From the IMG/VR virus record IMGVR_UViG_3300033273_000282, positions 128,001-192,000 of that record: DNA of 64,000 nt, one strand, 5' to 3'. The DNA is from a virus. Taxonomy: Duplodnaviria > Caudoviricetes. Below, piece by piece: positions 29,873-38,772 of the stretch (position 1 is its first letter; each line of letters opens with the position of its first letter). A program made the position numbers and the translations under genes. Under the pieces are notes generated by a model that worked only from the letters and a program-made list of their open reading frames with translations, did not search any database and was not told where the DNA came from.

Positions 29873-30634
29873 ATGTCTATTCTTAAGGTCAATGAATTGA
29901 GAGCCCAGTCGGGCAGTAACGTAACCATTCAAAGTGGTTATAGTCTTCGCCTGGGAACTAAGACACTGGATGCTTCTAGTGTTATGCCCTCGCCCTCTGG
30001 TCAGAATGGTAAAATTCTTACCAGTAATGGATCTACTAGATCATGGACTGAACATGGTGCCGTATCGATGCAGGTATGGACTTCCAATGGAACTTGGAGC
30101 AGACCATCTGGGGTAAAGAGAATTCTTGTTAGAATCTCTGGTGCTGGCGGTGCTGGCTCGGGTGTTGGTGAAGCAGGTGGTGCTGGTGGATACGCTGAAG
30201 AAATTATCGACGTTACTGGTATCTCTTCTGTTTCTATTACTGTAGGTCAGCCTGGTTCCTGGGGTGGTACTTACTACTCAGGTGGTGCTGCTAATGGCGG
30301 TACTACTTCTTTCGGTAACTATCTCTCTGCCTCTGGTGGTAACGGTGCTAACCGTAATTACCAGCACTGTGGAGGACTTCCTGGCGTAGGCTCAGGTGGT
30401 CAACTTAACATCTACGGTGGCGGTGGATCTGGTCACGAGTATTGGTCTGGTTATCCTGGTGGCGGTTCCTTCTGGGGTGGCGCAGGTGCGACTGGTCACC
30501 CTCGCGGTGGTCACTATGCTTACACCCACCAATATAGAGCCGCTCCTGGTAGCGGTGGTTCTCCTGGGTATCACACTTCTCGTCGTGGTGCTAGGGGTAT
30601 GGCTGGAATCGTAGTAGTTTGGAACTTCGCATAA
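29873..30634 (+). CDS. Glycine-rich fibre-tip/adhesin-like protein, paralog 2 (253 aa)
   Basis: Collinear with paralogs 1 and 3 along its whole length. Confidence 0.7.
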   Translation: MSILKVNELRAQSGSNVTIQSGYSLRLGTKTLDASSVMPSPSGQNGKILTSNGSTRSWTEHGAVSMQVWTSNGTWSRPSGVKRILVRISGAGGAGSGVGEAGGAGGYAEEIIDVTGISSVSITVGQPGSWGGTYYSGGAANGGTTSFGNYLSASGGNGANRNYQHCGGLPGVGSGGQLNIYGGGGSGHEYWSGYPGGGSFWGGAGATGHPRGGHYAYTHQYRAAPGSGGSPGYHTSRRGARGMAGIVVVWNFA

Positions 30635-30637
30635 ACA

Positions 30638-31393
30638 ATGTCTAATATCCGTATCAATGAACTCGACGCTGCGTCGGGAACTACTATTCTTATCCCCGAT
30701 GGATACAATCTATCCCTCGGCGGCACTACGCTGAACAAGAACTCGATTCCCCCACCACCAGCGGGGAACGCTGGTAAGTTTCTTGTTAGTGATGGAACTT
30801 CTGCGTCGTATAAAAACATCGGTCCCGCTAGTATTCAGACTTTCTATAGCAGTTCTACTTGGACTAGACCTCCTGGGATTAACCGTGTTCTGGTCCGTGT
30901 AGTCGGCGGCGGCGGCGGTGGATCTGGACACTCAGAATCAGGCGGAGCAGGTGGCTATTCTGAAGAGGTAATCGATGTCCGTGGAATCTCGTCTGTTACT
31001 ATTACTGTGGGCAATGGCTCTACGGGCGGCACTTATTATTCTGGTAATGGCGGAGGCGGTCAGACATCCTCATTCGGAAACTACCTTTCTGCGTCGGGTG
31101 GTCTCGGTGCTAACCAGTCTTACCAACATTGCGGTGGTCTTGGTGGTTTGGGCTCTGGTGGCAATTTGAATATCTACGGTGGCGGTGGTATCGGACACAT
31201 GAACTACATGGGTCATGGTGGCGGATCATTCTTTGGTTGTGGCACCATGAGCGCTCATGGTAATTGGGTACAAGGTACCCGTTCTAACCAACTTCGTGCT
31301 GCTTATGGTGCTGGTGGAACGTCTGGTTATCAGCGTTCTTATCAAGGTGCCAATGGCATGCAGGGGTGCGTTATTGTAATGGAGTTTATTTAA
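30638..31393 (+). CDS. Glycine-rich fibre-tip/adhesin-like protein, paralog 3 (251 aa)
   Basis: Collinear with paralogs 1 and 2 along its whole length. Confidence 0.7.
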   Translation: MSNIRINELDAASGTTILIPDGYNLSLGGTTLNKNSIPPPPAGNAGKFLVSDGTSASYKNIGPASIQTFYSSSTWTRPPGINRVLVRVVGGGGGGSGHSESGGAGGYSEEVIDVRGISSVTITVGNGSTGGTYYSGNGGGGQTSSFGNYLSASGGLGANQSYQHCGGLGGLGSGGNLNIYGGGGIGHMNYMGHGGGSFFGCGTMSAHGNWVQGTRSNQLRAAYGAGGTSGYQRSYQGANGMQGCVIVMEFI

Positions 31394-31395
31394 TT

Positions 31396-31402
31396 CTAAA
31401 TA
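31396..31402 (+). promoter_or_regulatory. Late promoter-like CTAAATA
   Basis: Intergenic, 23 nt upstream of the ATG at 31426. Confidence 0.55.
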
Positions 31403-31425
31403 GTTACCAAGGAATCTAGAGTAAA

Positions 31426-31941
31426 ATGGCTAAAAGTTGTCTTGTAGATTACAGAGGATTTATCACCGACATCAGAGAATGCGGTGATGAATTTGAAGTA
31501 TACCAAGGTCCCGATTCTCATATCCGCTGGGTCATTTGTGATGATGACAACGTGGATAATACTTGGGTCCTTTATAACGGGGAGTTTTTCCCTGGAGATC
31601 TTCGCCTGGAACGTAACCAGGATATGAAGCGTAAGGTTGCTTACGGATCGATCGAAGAGCAGTTGGACATGATGTACTGGGATCAGGTCAACGGAACGAC
31701 CACCTGGAGAGATCATATTGGCTCGATCAAATCAGCGGAACCCACTCAGTCCGTTGCTGACGCTGATCCTACCTTCTACGCTGATAAGCGAGAGTTTGAG
31801 ATGGGTACTGAGGATGCTCCTGCCTGGGAAACTCTTCCCGCAGTAAAGCGTCAGAAGATCACCACCTTCAAGAATGGGACAGTTTATGAAGAGGGCTGGG
31901 GTCCTGACCCTGTGACTGGCAAACCTGTTAGACTGGCTTGA
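31426..31941 (+). CDS. Tail-fibre assembly/chaperone-like protein (171 aa)
   Basis: R..AYGSIEEQLDMMYWD..NGTTTWRDHI..IK motif common in small proteins that follow fibre genes in marine phages. Confidence 0.55.
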   Translation: MAKSCLVDYRGFITDIRECGDEFEVYQGPDSHIRWVICDDDNVDNTWVLYNGEFFPGDLRLERNQDMKRKVAYGSIEEQLDMMYWDQVNGTTTWRDHIGSIKSAEPTQSVADADPTFYADKREFEMGTEDAPAWETLPAVKRQKITTFKNGTVYEEGWGPDPVTGKPVRLA

Positions 31942-31958
31942 GGATATCCATCTAGATT

Positions 31959-33527
31959 ATGATTGATAAAATTTGTATTGTTGGCGGCGGCACCGCTGGA
32001 TGGATTGCCGCTGCTTCTTTGATTAGATTTTTTCCTAAAAAAGAAATTACTCTGATCGAATCAGAAGAGATCCCCACCATTGGTGTGGGTGAATCTACCA
32101 CCCAGTTCTTTAGAGACTGGACTCGGGAGATGTGTATCTCTGATGTCTGGATGGATGAGTGTGAAGCCACCTATAAGTACAGCGTGAAGTTTAGAAACTT
32201 CAGCGAGTACGGTGATTTCCATTACCCATTTTTTCCTGGTAAAGAGCCACCTAACGCAAAGCTGGGACTTCTGGATTGGTTCCTTCATTACCGTGCTACT
32301 AACGGTAATCCAGAAAAGTCCTTCTGTGAGTGGATGGTTCCTTATTGGAAAGTCATCGAAGATAATAAGGTTGTTCCTCGGGACGTTGATTACTTCAGCT
32401 ACTTGGACAATGCTGGGTATCATATGGATGCTCAGAAGTTTGCTGAGTATCTCCGTCGGGAGTTCTGTGTTCCTCGTGGCGTCAAGCACGTTAAGGGTAC
32501 AGTAACTGAGATTGATCACGATGAGACTGGTATCAAACGTCTATATGTTGGCGATGTGTTCTACACTGCCGACCTCTTTATTGACTGTACTGGATTTAAG
32601 TCTCTGCTTCTGGGTGAAACTCTGGGTACCGAATGGGATGAGTTCCCCTTCCTGATCAATGATCGTGCCTGGGCAGTTCGCCTGAAGTATAAGGACAAGA
32701 AGACAGAGATGCTCAACCATACTCTGTGTACCGCACTGGGTAATGGCTGGGTTTGGCATGTCCCCCTCAGCACTCGCTACGGCACTGGATATAACTTCAG
32801 CAGTAAGTTCATCTCTGATGAGGATGCTCTGGAGGAGTTCAAGTCGCACCTGGGCGAAGAATTTGAGGATCGTCAAATCAGTGACTTCCGTTTGATCAAG
32901 TGGAAGAACGGTATCTCTAAGAAGATCTGGAATAAGAACGTCGTTGGTATTGGACTCTCTGCTGGCTTCATTGAACCCCTGGAATCCAATGGACTCATGA
33001 GTGCTCATAACTTTGCCATGTATCTGTGTGATGCTCTGACAGCACATAATGGTAAGGTGAACACATTGATCAAGGATCAGTTCAACCGTCGCTGTCGTCA
33101 GAACTTCCAGAACTTTGCTTACTTTGTGGGCAACCACTTCATGTTATCCACCAGGGATGATACACCCTACTGGAAGTACATCACTCAGGATATTGATTAT
33201 CTCAGTGCTCACGTTCAAGATGAGTATCGAGTGTATCCTCAGAACCAGATCTTCCTGGACATGCATGACATGAGCATCTGGAATATGAGTAACCTTGAAG
33301 GTAACGCATATCTTGCTGCTGGATTCAACCAGCATCCAGTTACTGAATGGCACGCTGACTACATGGAGAGGCGGCATAGCCTTGACTTAAGTCAGTGGAG
33401 GACGCTAGAATCTGGGTACGAACTCCACCCCGATGCGGTGAGGGAGATCGATGAATTTCCAACACCAGCAGAGTTCTACTATGAGGACGTTGCTGGTATA
33501 GACATGCCCTACTACATTCATGGCTAA
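31959..33527 (+). CDS. prnA: Flavin-dependent halogenase, tryptophan halogenase family (copy 1)
   Basis: GGGTAG FAD motif, IGVGEST, ATYK catalytic Lys, FIDCTGF, WVWHVP (WxWxIP variant), FIEPLESNG (Fx.Px.Sx.G). Confidence 0.9.
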   Translation: MIDKICIVGGGTAGWIAAASLIRFFPKKEITLIESEEIPTIGVGESTTQFFRDWTREMCISDVWMDECEATYKYSVKFRNFSEYGDFHYPFFPGKEPPNAKLGLLDWFLHYRATNGNPEKSFCEWMVPYWKVIEDNKVVPRDVDYFSYLDNAGYHMDAQKFAEYLRREFCVPRGVKHVKGTVTEIDHDETGIKRLYVGDVFYTADLFIDCTGFKSLLLGETLGTEWDEFPFLINDRAWAVRLKYKDKKTEMLNHTLCTALGNGWVWHVPLSTRYGTGYNFSSKFISDEDALEEFKSHLGEEFEDRQISDFRLIKWKNGISKKIWNKNVVGIGLSAGFIEPLESNGLMSAHNFAMYLCDALTAHNGKVNTLIKDQFNRRCRQNFQNFAYFVGNHFMLSTRDDTPYWKYITQDIDYLSAHVQDEYRVYPQNQIFLDMHDMSIWNMSNLEGNAYLAAGFNQHPVTEWHADYMERRHSLDLSQWRTLESGYELHPDAVREIDEFPTPAEFYYEDVAGIDMPYYIHG

Positions 33528-35085
33528 AAGTATTTGTATTATTGGCGGTGGCAGTTCAGGATGGATGACTGCTGCCGCTTTTGCTGTCCGTTTTCCAGAT
33601 TGGGATATCACTCTAGTTGAAAGTGAGTGGTCTAAGGCTATTGGTGTAGGCGAATCCACCCTAGGGCATTTTAATCGGTACCTGGATTGTTTGGGTATTG
33701 AGGATAAAGACTGGATGCCTGCGTGTAGCGCAACCTATAAAGTATCGATCCAGTTTACCAACTGGAAGAACGAAGGTGATGTCTTCCAATATCCTTTCGG
33801 GGACTTTGACTTTTCCCGTGGAGGATTCCTAGATTGGTATCATCTTCACAACTTCTTTCCAGAAAAGTTCCCTGATACATCGTTTGCTGAGTTCTACAAT
33901 CCGATCTCCTTCTTGGCTTCTGCCAATAAGATGTGTGATACGGATCAATATATTCCAAACTTTAGCAGACGCTGGAACGCCGCCTACCACTTTGACGCTG
34001 ACAAGTTCGGGCAGTGGTTGCGGGAGAACCTCTGTAAGGATGTAACCCATCACAGAGGTGACATCTGTGGAGCCGTACATAAACACACGGGTGATATTGC
34101 TTACCTGCTCGATGAAGAGGGGCACCAATATCATGCTGATTATTTTATCGACTGTACTGGATTTAAGTCAGCAATCCTAGAAGGATTCATGGGAGTTCCC
34201 TTTATCTCCTTTGAGAATGATCTCCCTAATGATTCGGCAGTAGCAGCACGTATCCCCTACACTAATCGTAGGGAACAGATGAGAAATACTACCGATGGGT
34301 ATGCTCTGGATAATGGCTGGGTGTGGACTATTCCCACTTGGGATCGCATTGGTACTGGTTATGTGTACTCATCTAAGTTCTGCTCACAGGAGCAGGCAGA
34401 GAAAGAGTTCCGTGAGCATGTTAAGTGGGACGGAGAAGTTAAGCACATTAAGTTCCGTCATGGTAAGCACAAGTATGGATGGTCTAAGAATGTCATTGGT
34501 ATTGGACTATCTTATGGTTTCCTAGAGCCACTAGAATCCACAGGTCTCTTTACTACACATGAAAATATCCTAAGACTGATTGACACCTTTGAAAGAAGGA
34601 ACGGCAAGATCACTCAACTGGATATTGACGGATTTAATCACGCTGTATCATACGAACTTGAAGCAATGAAAGAGTTTGTGTACATGCATTATTATCTGTC
34701 ACCTAGAGATGACACTCCTTACTGGAGGTATTACACTGAGCGCAGTCCACTGACATATGAGGAAATGTATGATAAAGTGGTAAGGTCACCTAGACTGTAC
34801 CAGGAGTTCATACATAACTTCAATATCGCTAATGCTCCCAAAGACCTTGGAGGATTGGTCTATATCGCTGCTGGTCTTGGATACCATCCATTGACTATGA
34901 CGGATAGTCTTCATACGAGAAATCGTAAAGAGTATCCTCAAGAGGAAATGGAAACCACTGTTACACAGTTTGAGAAATATAAGACCAGTCTAGAAAGGCA
35001 CGTTGCTAAACTCCCAAGTCACTATGATTACCTTGTTGAAAACATTTATGGGGTTGATAAAGAAACCCAAAAAACCTCGTGCTAG
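33520..35085 (+). CDS. prnA: Flavin-dependent halogenase, tryptophan halogenase family (copy 2)
   Basis: GGGSSG, IGVGEST, ATYK, FIDCTGF, WVWTIP, FLEPLESTG. Confidence 0.92.
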   Translation: MAKSICIIGGGSSGWMTAAAFAVRFPDWDITLVESEWSKAIGVGESTLGHFNRYLDCLGIEDKDWMPACSATYKVSIQFTNWKNEGDVFQYPFGDFDFSRGGFLDWYHLHNFFPEKFPDTSFAEFYNPISFLASANKMCDTDQYIPNFSRRWNAAYHFDADKFGQWLRENLCKDVTHHRGDICGAVHKHTGDIAYLLDEEGHQYHADYFIDCTGFKSAILEGFMGVPFISFENDLPNDSAVAARIPYTNRREQMRNTTDGYALDNGWVWTIPTWDRIGTGYVYSSKFCSQEQAEKEFREHVKWDGEVKHIKFRHGKHKYGWSKNVIGIGLSYGFLEPLESTGLFTTHENILRLIDTFERRNGKITQLDIDGFNHAVSYELEAMKEFVYMHYYLSPRDDTPYWRYYTERSPLTYEEMYDKVVRSPRLYQEFIHNFNIANAPKDLGGLVYIAAGLGYHPLTMTDSLHTRNRKEYPQEEMETTVTQFEKYKTSLERHVAKLPSHYDYLVENIYGVDKETQKTSC

Positions 35086-35854
35086 ATTCTTTAGCCTGAT
35101 TCCTGGGGCGCATACTTTGTACCCTGTGGTTCGATCTGAAGAACTCGATCGGGATTGGATTAAGCAAGAGAAAGAAGACTATAGGGAACGGCAAACTAAG
35201 TGCCCTATGGCTAATATCATAAACGCGATTCCTTTTAACCAACCCCATAGTATTGGTAAGTGTCCAGCGATTAACTCTGTGATGCGAACTGGGTATGTTG
35301 TTCGTGCTCCAGCTGACTTTAAGGTCCATACTAATGGAGATGGACATACCATCCTCTTTACCACAACTGCTTTCAGTCCTCCTGGATCTGACTATGTGGT
35401 CCTTCACGATAGTGATACGGCTAAGTGGTTGATGGATTCAACTAAGGATAATGTTATCGATCAGGTTATCAAAGTCAATACGTGTTGGAGAGTACAAGCA
35501 GATGATGATATTGTGTTCCTCCAGACTAAGGTTCCTTTTGTAAATGAATCTCGTTTCAGCGCTATTACTGGTATCCTTGATCCACGATCGGCTTATGAAA
35601 TCAATGTTCAACTCTGGTGGCATGTGAAGGAAGGGGATGAAACTATCAAAGCAGGAACTCCCCTAGCATGTTATGTCCCTATCTCTCGCAAGCTTCTAGA
35701 AGATCTGAATGTGGATATCGACATAGCCACTCCAGAAGATTATGTTCTAGAGAACGAGTTTCAATATACAGCCTATAATGAATTTCCTGACACGGTGAAT
35801 GTTACCAGGCGTCAGTTAAAAACAAACAAGATCCTTCGCAAGTATTGGAAATGA
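35048..35854 (+). CDS. Conserved hypothetical beta-rich protein (possibly DUF6065-like); start probably 35048 rather than 35003
   Basis: KCPAI...M.TGYVV.AP.D, IK.NT.WRV and IKAGTPL..Y.P motifs of a family often found beside phage 2OG oxygenases. Confidence 0.55.
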   Translation: MGLIKKPKKPRARFFSLIPGAHTLYPVVRSEELDRDWIKQEKEDYRERQTKCPMANIINAIPFNQPHSIGKCPAINSVMRTGYVVRAPADFKVHTNGDGHTILFTTTAFSPPGSDYVVLHDSDTAKWLMDSTKDNVIDQVIKVNTCWRVQADDDIVFLQTKVPFVNESRFSAITGILDPRSAYEINVQLWWHVKEGDETIKAGTPLACYVPISRKLLEDLNVDIDIATPEDYVLENEFQYTAYNEFPDTVNVTRRQLKTNKILRKYWK

Positions 35855-36231
35855 ACATCCCCACATTTAATACACCTGAACACCAAGAAGAGTTTGAACT
35901 CGTCTTTGCTGAAAAAGCAGTAGAGTATGTCAAACTCATGAATGTTGTGAGAGAACTGATGTATGGTACTGGTAATGGTAACTATGCTAATCTCCCTGGA
36001 TCATGCCTAGAAATAGTCAATGACATCACACGTTCTCTACTCTATGATTGTGAAACTCAATTCAAAGAGTATCACCCAGAGTATAAGACTGATGAAGATG
36101 AGATCTTCATTCCACGTAAGTCATTCAAAGAAAATGTAACTGAAGCACTGCTAGAAGCAAACCAGAAGTTCTGGAATAGTGGTGATGAACCTACCGAACT
36201 ACAGTGCGTTGATCATCTTACTGACGAGTAA
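35851..36231 (+). CDS. Hypothetical helical protein (about 126 aa)
   Basis: ATGA overlap with the upstream stop; TAATG overlap with the downstream start. Confidence 0.6.
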   Translation: MNIPTFNTPEHQEEFELVFAEKAVEYVKLMNVVRELMYGTGNGNYANLPGSCLEIVNDITRSLLYDCETQFKEYHPEYKTDEDEIFIPRKSFKENVTEALLEANQKFWNSGDEPTELQCVDHLTDE

Positions 36232-36836
36232 TGACTATCCATCCTTTGTTCTCGGTTCCAGTATTCAAGGGGCATCTTTGCCCCACCGAATATCAAGAAG
36301 CCGAGTTTGATGATATCCTCAACAGGATGTTTTTGGATTGTAAGTTGGGTGACTTTACTGGGGAGACTGGGTTGTCTACCGCACCCAACGGTATGAACCT
36401 TCATAAGATCTCAGAGTTGAAATGGTTCTGGGAGAGAATTGATTATGCTGTGCGAGACTACTGGGTAAACATCCTTGGATATAGGAGGATGTCTTACGTT
36501 GAGTGTCAGCACTCTTGGGCAAACAAACACTTTTCTAATGACAGCACCGCAGAGCACAGTCATAGAGATGGTTGGAATGGTAGATGTCAGGTCTCTGGCG
36601 TATACTACTTTAAGAAGCCAAAAGGATCTTCTAACATCCACTTCTGTAATCCAAACGATTATATTTTAAGGATGACTCCATACGAGCACATGACAGGCAT
36701 AGATACTATATCTACTGAAGTGACAGCAGAGCAGTACGATTTTATTCTCTTCCCCTCCTGGGTTAGACATAGAGTCCCACCAAGCAATGCTTCTCAGAGG
36801 ATCGCTATATCATTTAATTACCTTGGTTATGATTGA
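36231..36836 (+). CDS. Fe(II)/2-oxoglutarate oxygenase (TIGR02466-like)
   Basis: LFSVPV, SWAN, EHSH, VSGVYY, LFPSWVRHRV, RIAISFN. Confidence 0.85.
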   Translation: MTIHPLFSVPVFKGHLCPTEYQEAEFDDILNRMFLDCKLGDFTGETGLSTAPNGMNLHKISELKWFWERIDYAVRDYWVNILGYRRMSYVECQHSWANKHFSNDSTAEHSHRDGWNGRCQVSGVYYFKKPKGSSNIHFCNPNDYILRMTPYEHMTGIDTISTEVTAEQYDFILFPSWVRHRVPPSNASQRIAISFNYLGYD

Positions 36837-37611
36837 AGACTTTAAGATTCTTCCAGTCCCTAAACACTTAGCACTCTTTGTCAAGCCATTTGATGAGTGG
36901 AACTGGACTTATCACGGGTACTACTGGCGTATCCGTGATATGTTCTATGAACTAGATAAGTTTATTGAAGTCCTTAAGTGCTATCCCATTGAGGATATGA
37001 ACAATGCTGATAGTGCGGACGATCCGAACCCTTTCGCGCAAACGTCGATACCTTATTGGATATTTGCCCCCATAGCGGAGCAGATCAGAAACTTCATCAT
37101 TGTCAATCACTTCAAGCAAGAAGTATCTTTCTCGCTACACGATGAGCGTCTCTCTGAGTGGGGTAACGTATACTCTAAGAAACACTCTAGACCTGTTGGG
37201 TGTTGGCAAATGCCCCATCGAGATTTTGGTACCGATGAAGGATTCATTGGCAACCTCTGGCTTTCTCACCACGAACCAAATGAAACAGGAACCGCGTTCT
37301 TTGACTATAAAGGAACGATTGATGAGGGACGGTACGATTTCCAAATCGATCCAAATCACCACAGGTATAAAGAGTGGCATAATTGGCACGGAAGCGGAGC
37401 CGATCACGACGACCGATGGATCAACTTCGACTCAAATAAGCAACGGCATTGGGGTTTCATTAAGAGAGGTTTCGCAGCAGCTGAATATGGAACTATGACA
37501 CTTTACGATGCGAACGCTATCCACTCACCGTACATCCCTGATAGTGTAGAATGGCGTTGGAGCCATTGCTTCGGATTCAAGTATACTCCTTTACGAAATG
37601 TTCTTAGATGA
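36829..37611 (+). CDS. 2OG-Fe(II) dioxygenase-like protein (DUF6445-like); start probably 36829
   Basis: MPHRD (HxD), GTAFF, TLYDANAIHSP distal His. Confidence 0.7.
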   Translation: MIEDFKILPVPKHLALFVKPFDEWNWTYHGYYWRIRDMFYELDKFIEVLKCYPIEDMNNADSADDPNPFAQTSIPYWIFAPIAEQIRNFIIVNHFKQEVSFSLHDERLSEWGNVYSKKHSRPVGCWQMPHRDFGTDEGFIGNLWLSHHEPNETGTAFFDYKGTIDEGRYDFQIDPNHHRYKEWHNWHGSGADHDDRWINFDSNKQRHWGFIKRGFAAAEYGTMTLYDANAIHSPYIPDSVEWRWSHCFGFKYTPLRNVLR

Positions 37612-38161
37612 AATCTTCCCTACCCCAATATGGGGAGCGGATCTCAATCTTGATGTGGATAGCATCATGTATTGGGCATACCGCCAGAAAGAAGAAGATG
37701 AAGGTAGGATCATATCTAATGTTGGTGGGTGGCAATCAAATGATTACAGAAATTTTTCTGGAACTCCACTCCTCCCCCTGACGGAGGCAATTTCTAAGCT
37801 TGCTATTCAAGCCAGCGAAGACCTGGGTATACCAGAACCTGCTGATGCTATTGTTAACTTGTGGGTTAACATCAATCCTAGACTTTCATATAATCAAGTT
37901 CATGTACACCCTGAGTGTAAACTGTCTGGTGTCTTCTATGTGAAAGCAGAGAAGGATTGTGGTAATCTTTGTTTTACTAGAGGATCTAATGACTTTGCTC
38001 TAGGAACGGTTGCTCCGAATCAAACTAGATATAGTAGTGCTGAATATGAGTACACGCCTAAACCAAATCGCTTGATTATTTTCCCAGCGTGGGTGATGCA
38101 TCATGTGAAAGCTAATCTATCCTATTCTGATAGGATATCTTTGTCATTTAATTTACGATGA
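37598..38161 (+). CDS. Fe(II)/2-oxoglutarate oxygenase (TIGR02466-like)
   Basis: IFPTPIW, SNVGGWQS, LWVNIN, VHVHP, LSGVFYVK, FPAWVMHHV, RISLSFN. Confidence 0.88.
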   Translation: MFLDEIFPTPIWGADLNLDVDSIMYWAYRQKEEDEGRIISNVGGWQSNDYRNFSGTPLLPLTEAISKLAIQASEDLGIPEPADAIVNLWVNINPRLSYNQVHVHPECKLSGVFYVKAEKDCGNLCFTRGSNDFALGTVAPNQTRYSSAEYEYTPKPNRLIIFPAWVMHHVKANLSYSDRISLSFNLR

Positions 38162-38772
38162 AAGAGTTTAAGAATTTTCTACCAGTATCTCAAGCACTTG
38201 AGATTCATGACATCCTTACTTCTAGTATCTTCCCATGGTACTGGCTTGATGATGTAACTGTTTCTCCTGAGGAGAGAGATGAGGTTCCAGCATATTACAG
38301 GTCTCAACCTGGAATGCATCATACTCCTTTTGTTGATGGTCGCGCTAGTGAGTGGTACGATAAGTTTAGTTTCATCTATCACTACATTCTGGATGCGATG
38401 GAACTGGATTATAAGGAATGGCAACTGGCTCGGATTCGATGTGGATTAAACTTCCCCACCTTTAGGGATGAGCACATGCTCCACAACCAGCCACACATTG
38501 ATTACCCAGAGACTCAAGTGGGGGATCACTTCACCTGTCTGTATTATGTGAATGATTCGGACGGTCCTACAGTTGTGTTCAACGAAACCGAAGAGTCTGA
38601 TAAGTACACAATTAAGTATCAGTGTCATCCAGAAAAGAATAAACTCTTTGTCTTTAATGGTAAGCACTATCACGCATCCTCATGTCCCAAGCATCATGAT
38701 GCTAGAATGGCATTGACAATTAACCTTTGTAGCAGAACTCGAAATGTGGAACAGTTTCTTCGCGGCGTCTAA
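38158..38772 (+). CDS. Fe(II)/2-oxoglutarate oxygenase (prolyl-hydroxylase-like)
   Basis: FPWYW, PHID, LYYVNDSDGPT, VFNGKHYHASS, R..LTINL. Confidence 0.85.
   Translation: MKEFKNFLPVSQALEIHDILTSSIFPWYWLDDVTVSPEERDEVPAYYRSQPGMHHTPFVDGRASEWYDKFSFIYHYILDAMELDYKEWQLARIRCGLNFPTFRDEHMLHNQPHIDYPETQVGDHFTCLYYVNDSDGPTVVFNETEESDKYTIKYQCHPEKNKLFVFNGKHYHASSCPKHHDARMALTINLCSRTRNVEQFLRGV

Noticed and set aside
30905-30922. (GGC)4 run in Gly-rich paralog 3 as a phase-variation tract
   Set aside because: It is a short in-frame poly-Gly codon run; slippage would not shift the frame.
29117-31393. Diversity-generating retroelement (TR/VR pair) among the similar tip genes
   Set aside because: No reverse transcriptase in the window, similarity is protein-level along the full length, and differences are not adenine-specific.
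35003-35047. ORF-track starts at 35003, 35845, 36787 and 40819(-)
   Set aside because: Downstream ATGs (35048, 35851, 36829, 40765) give shorter, typical coupled overlaps, so the extensions are probably not translated.
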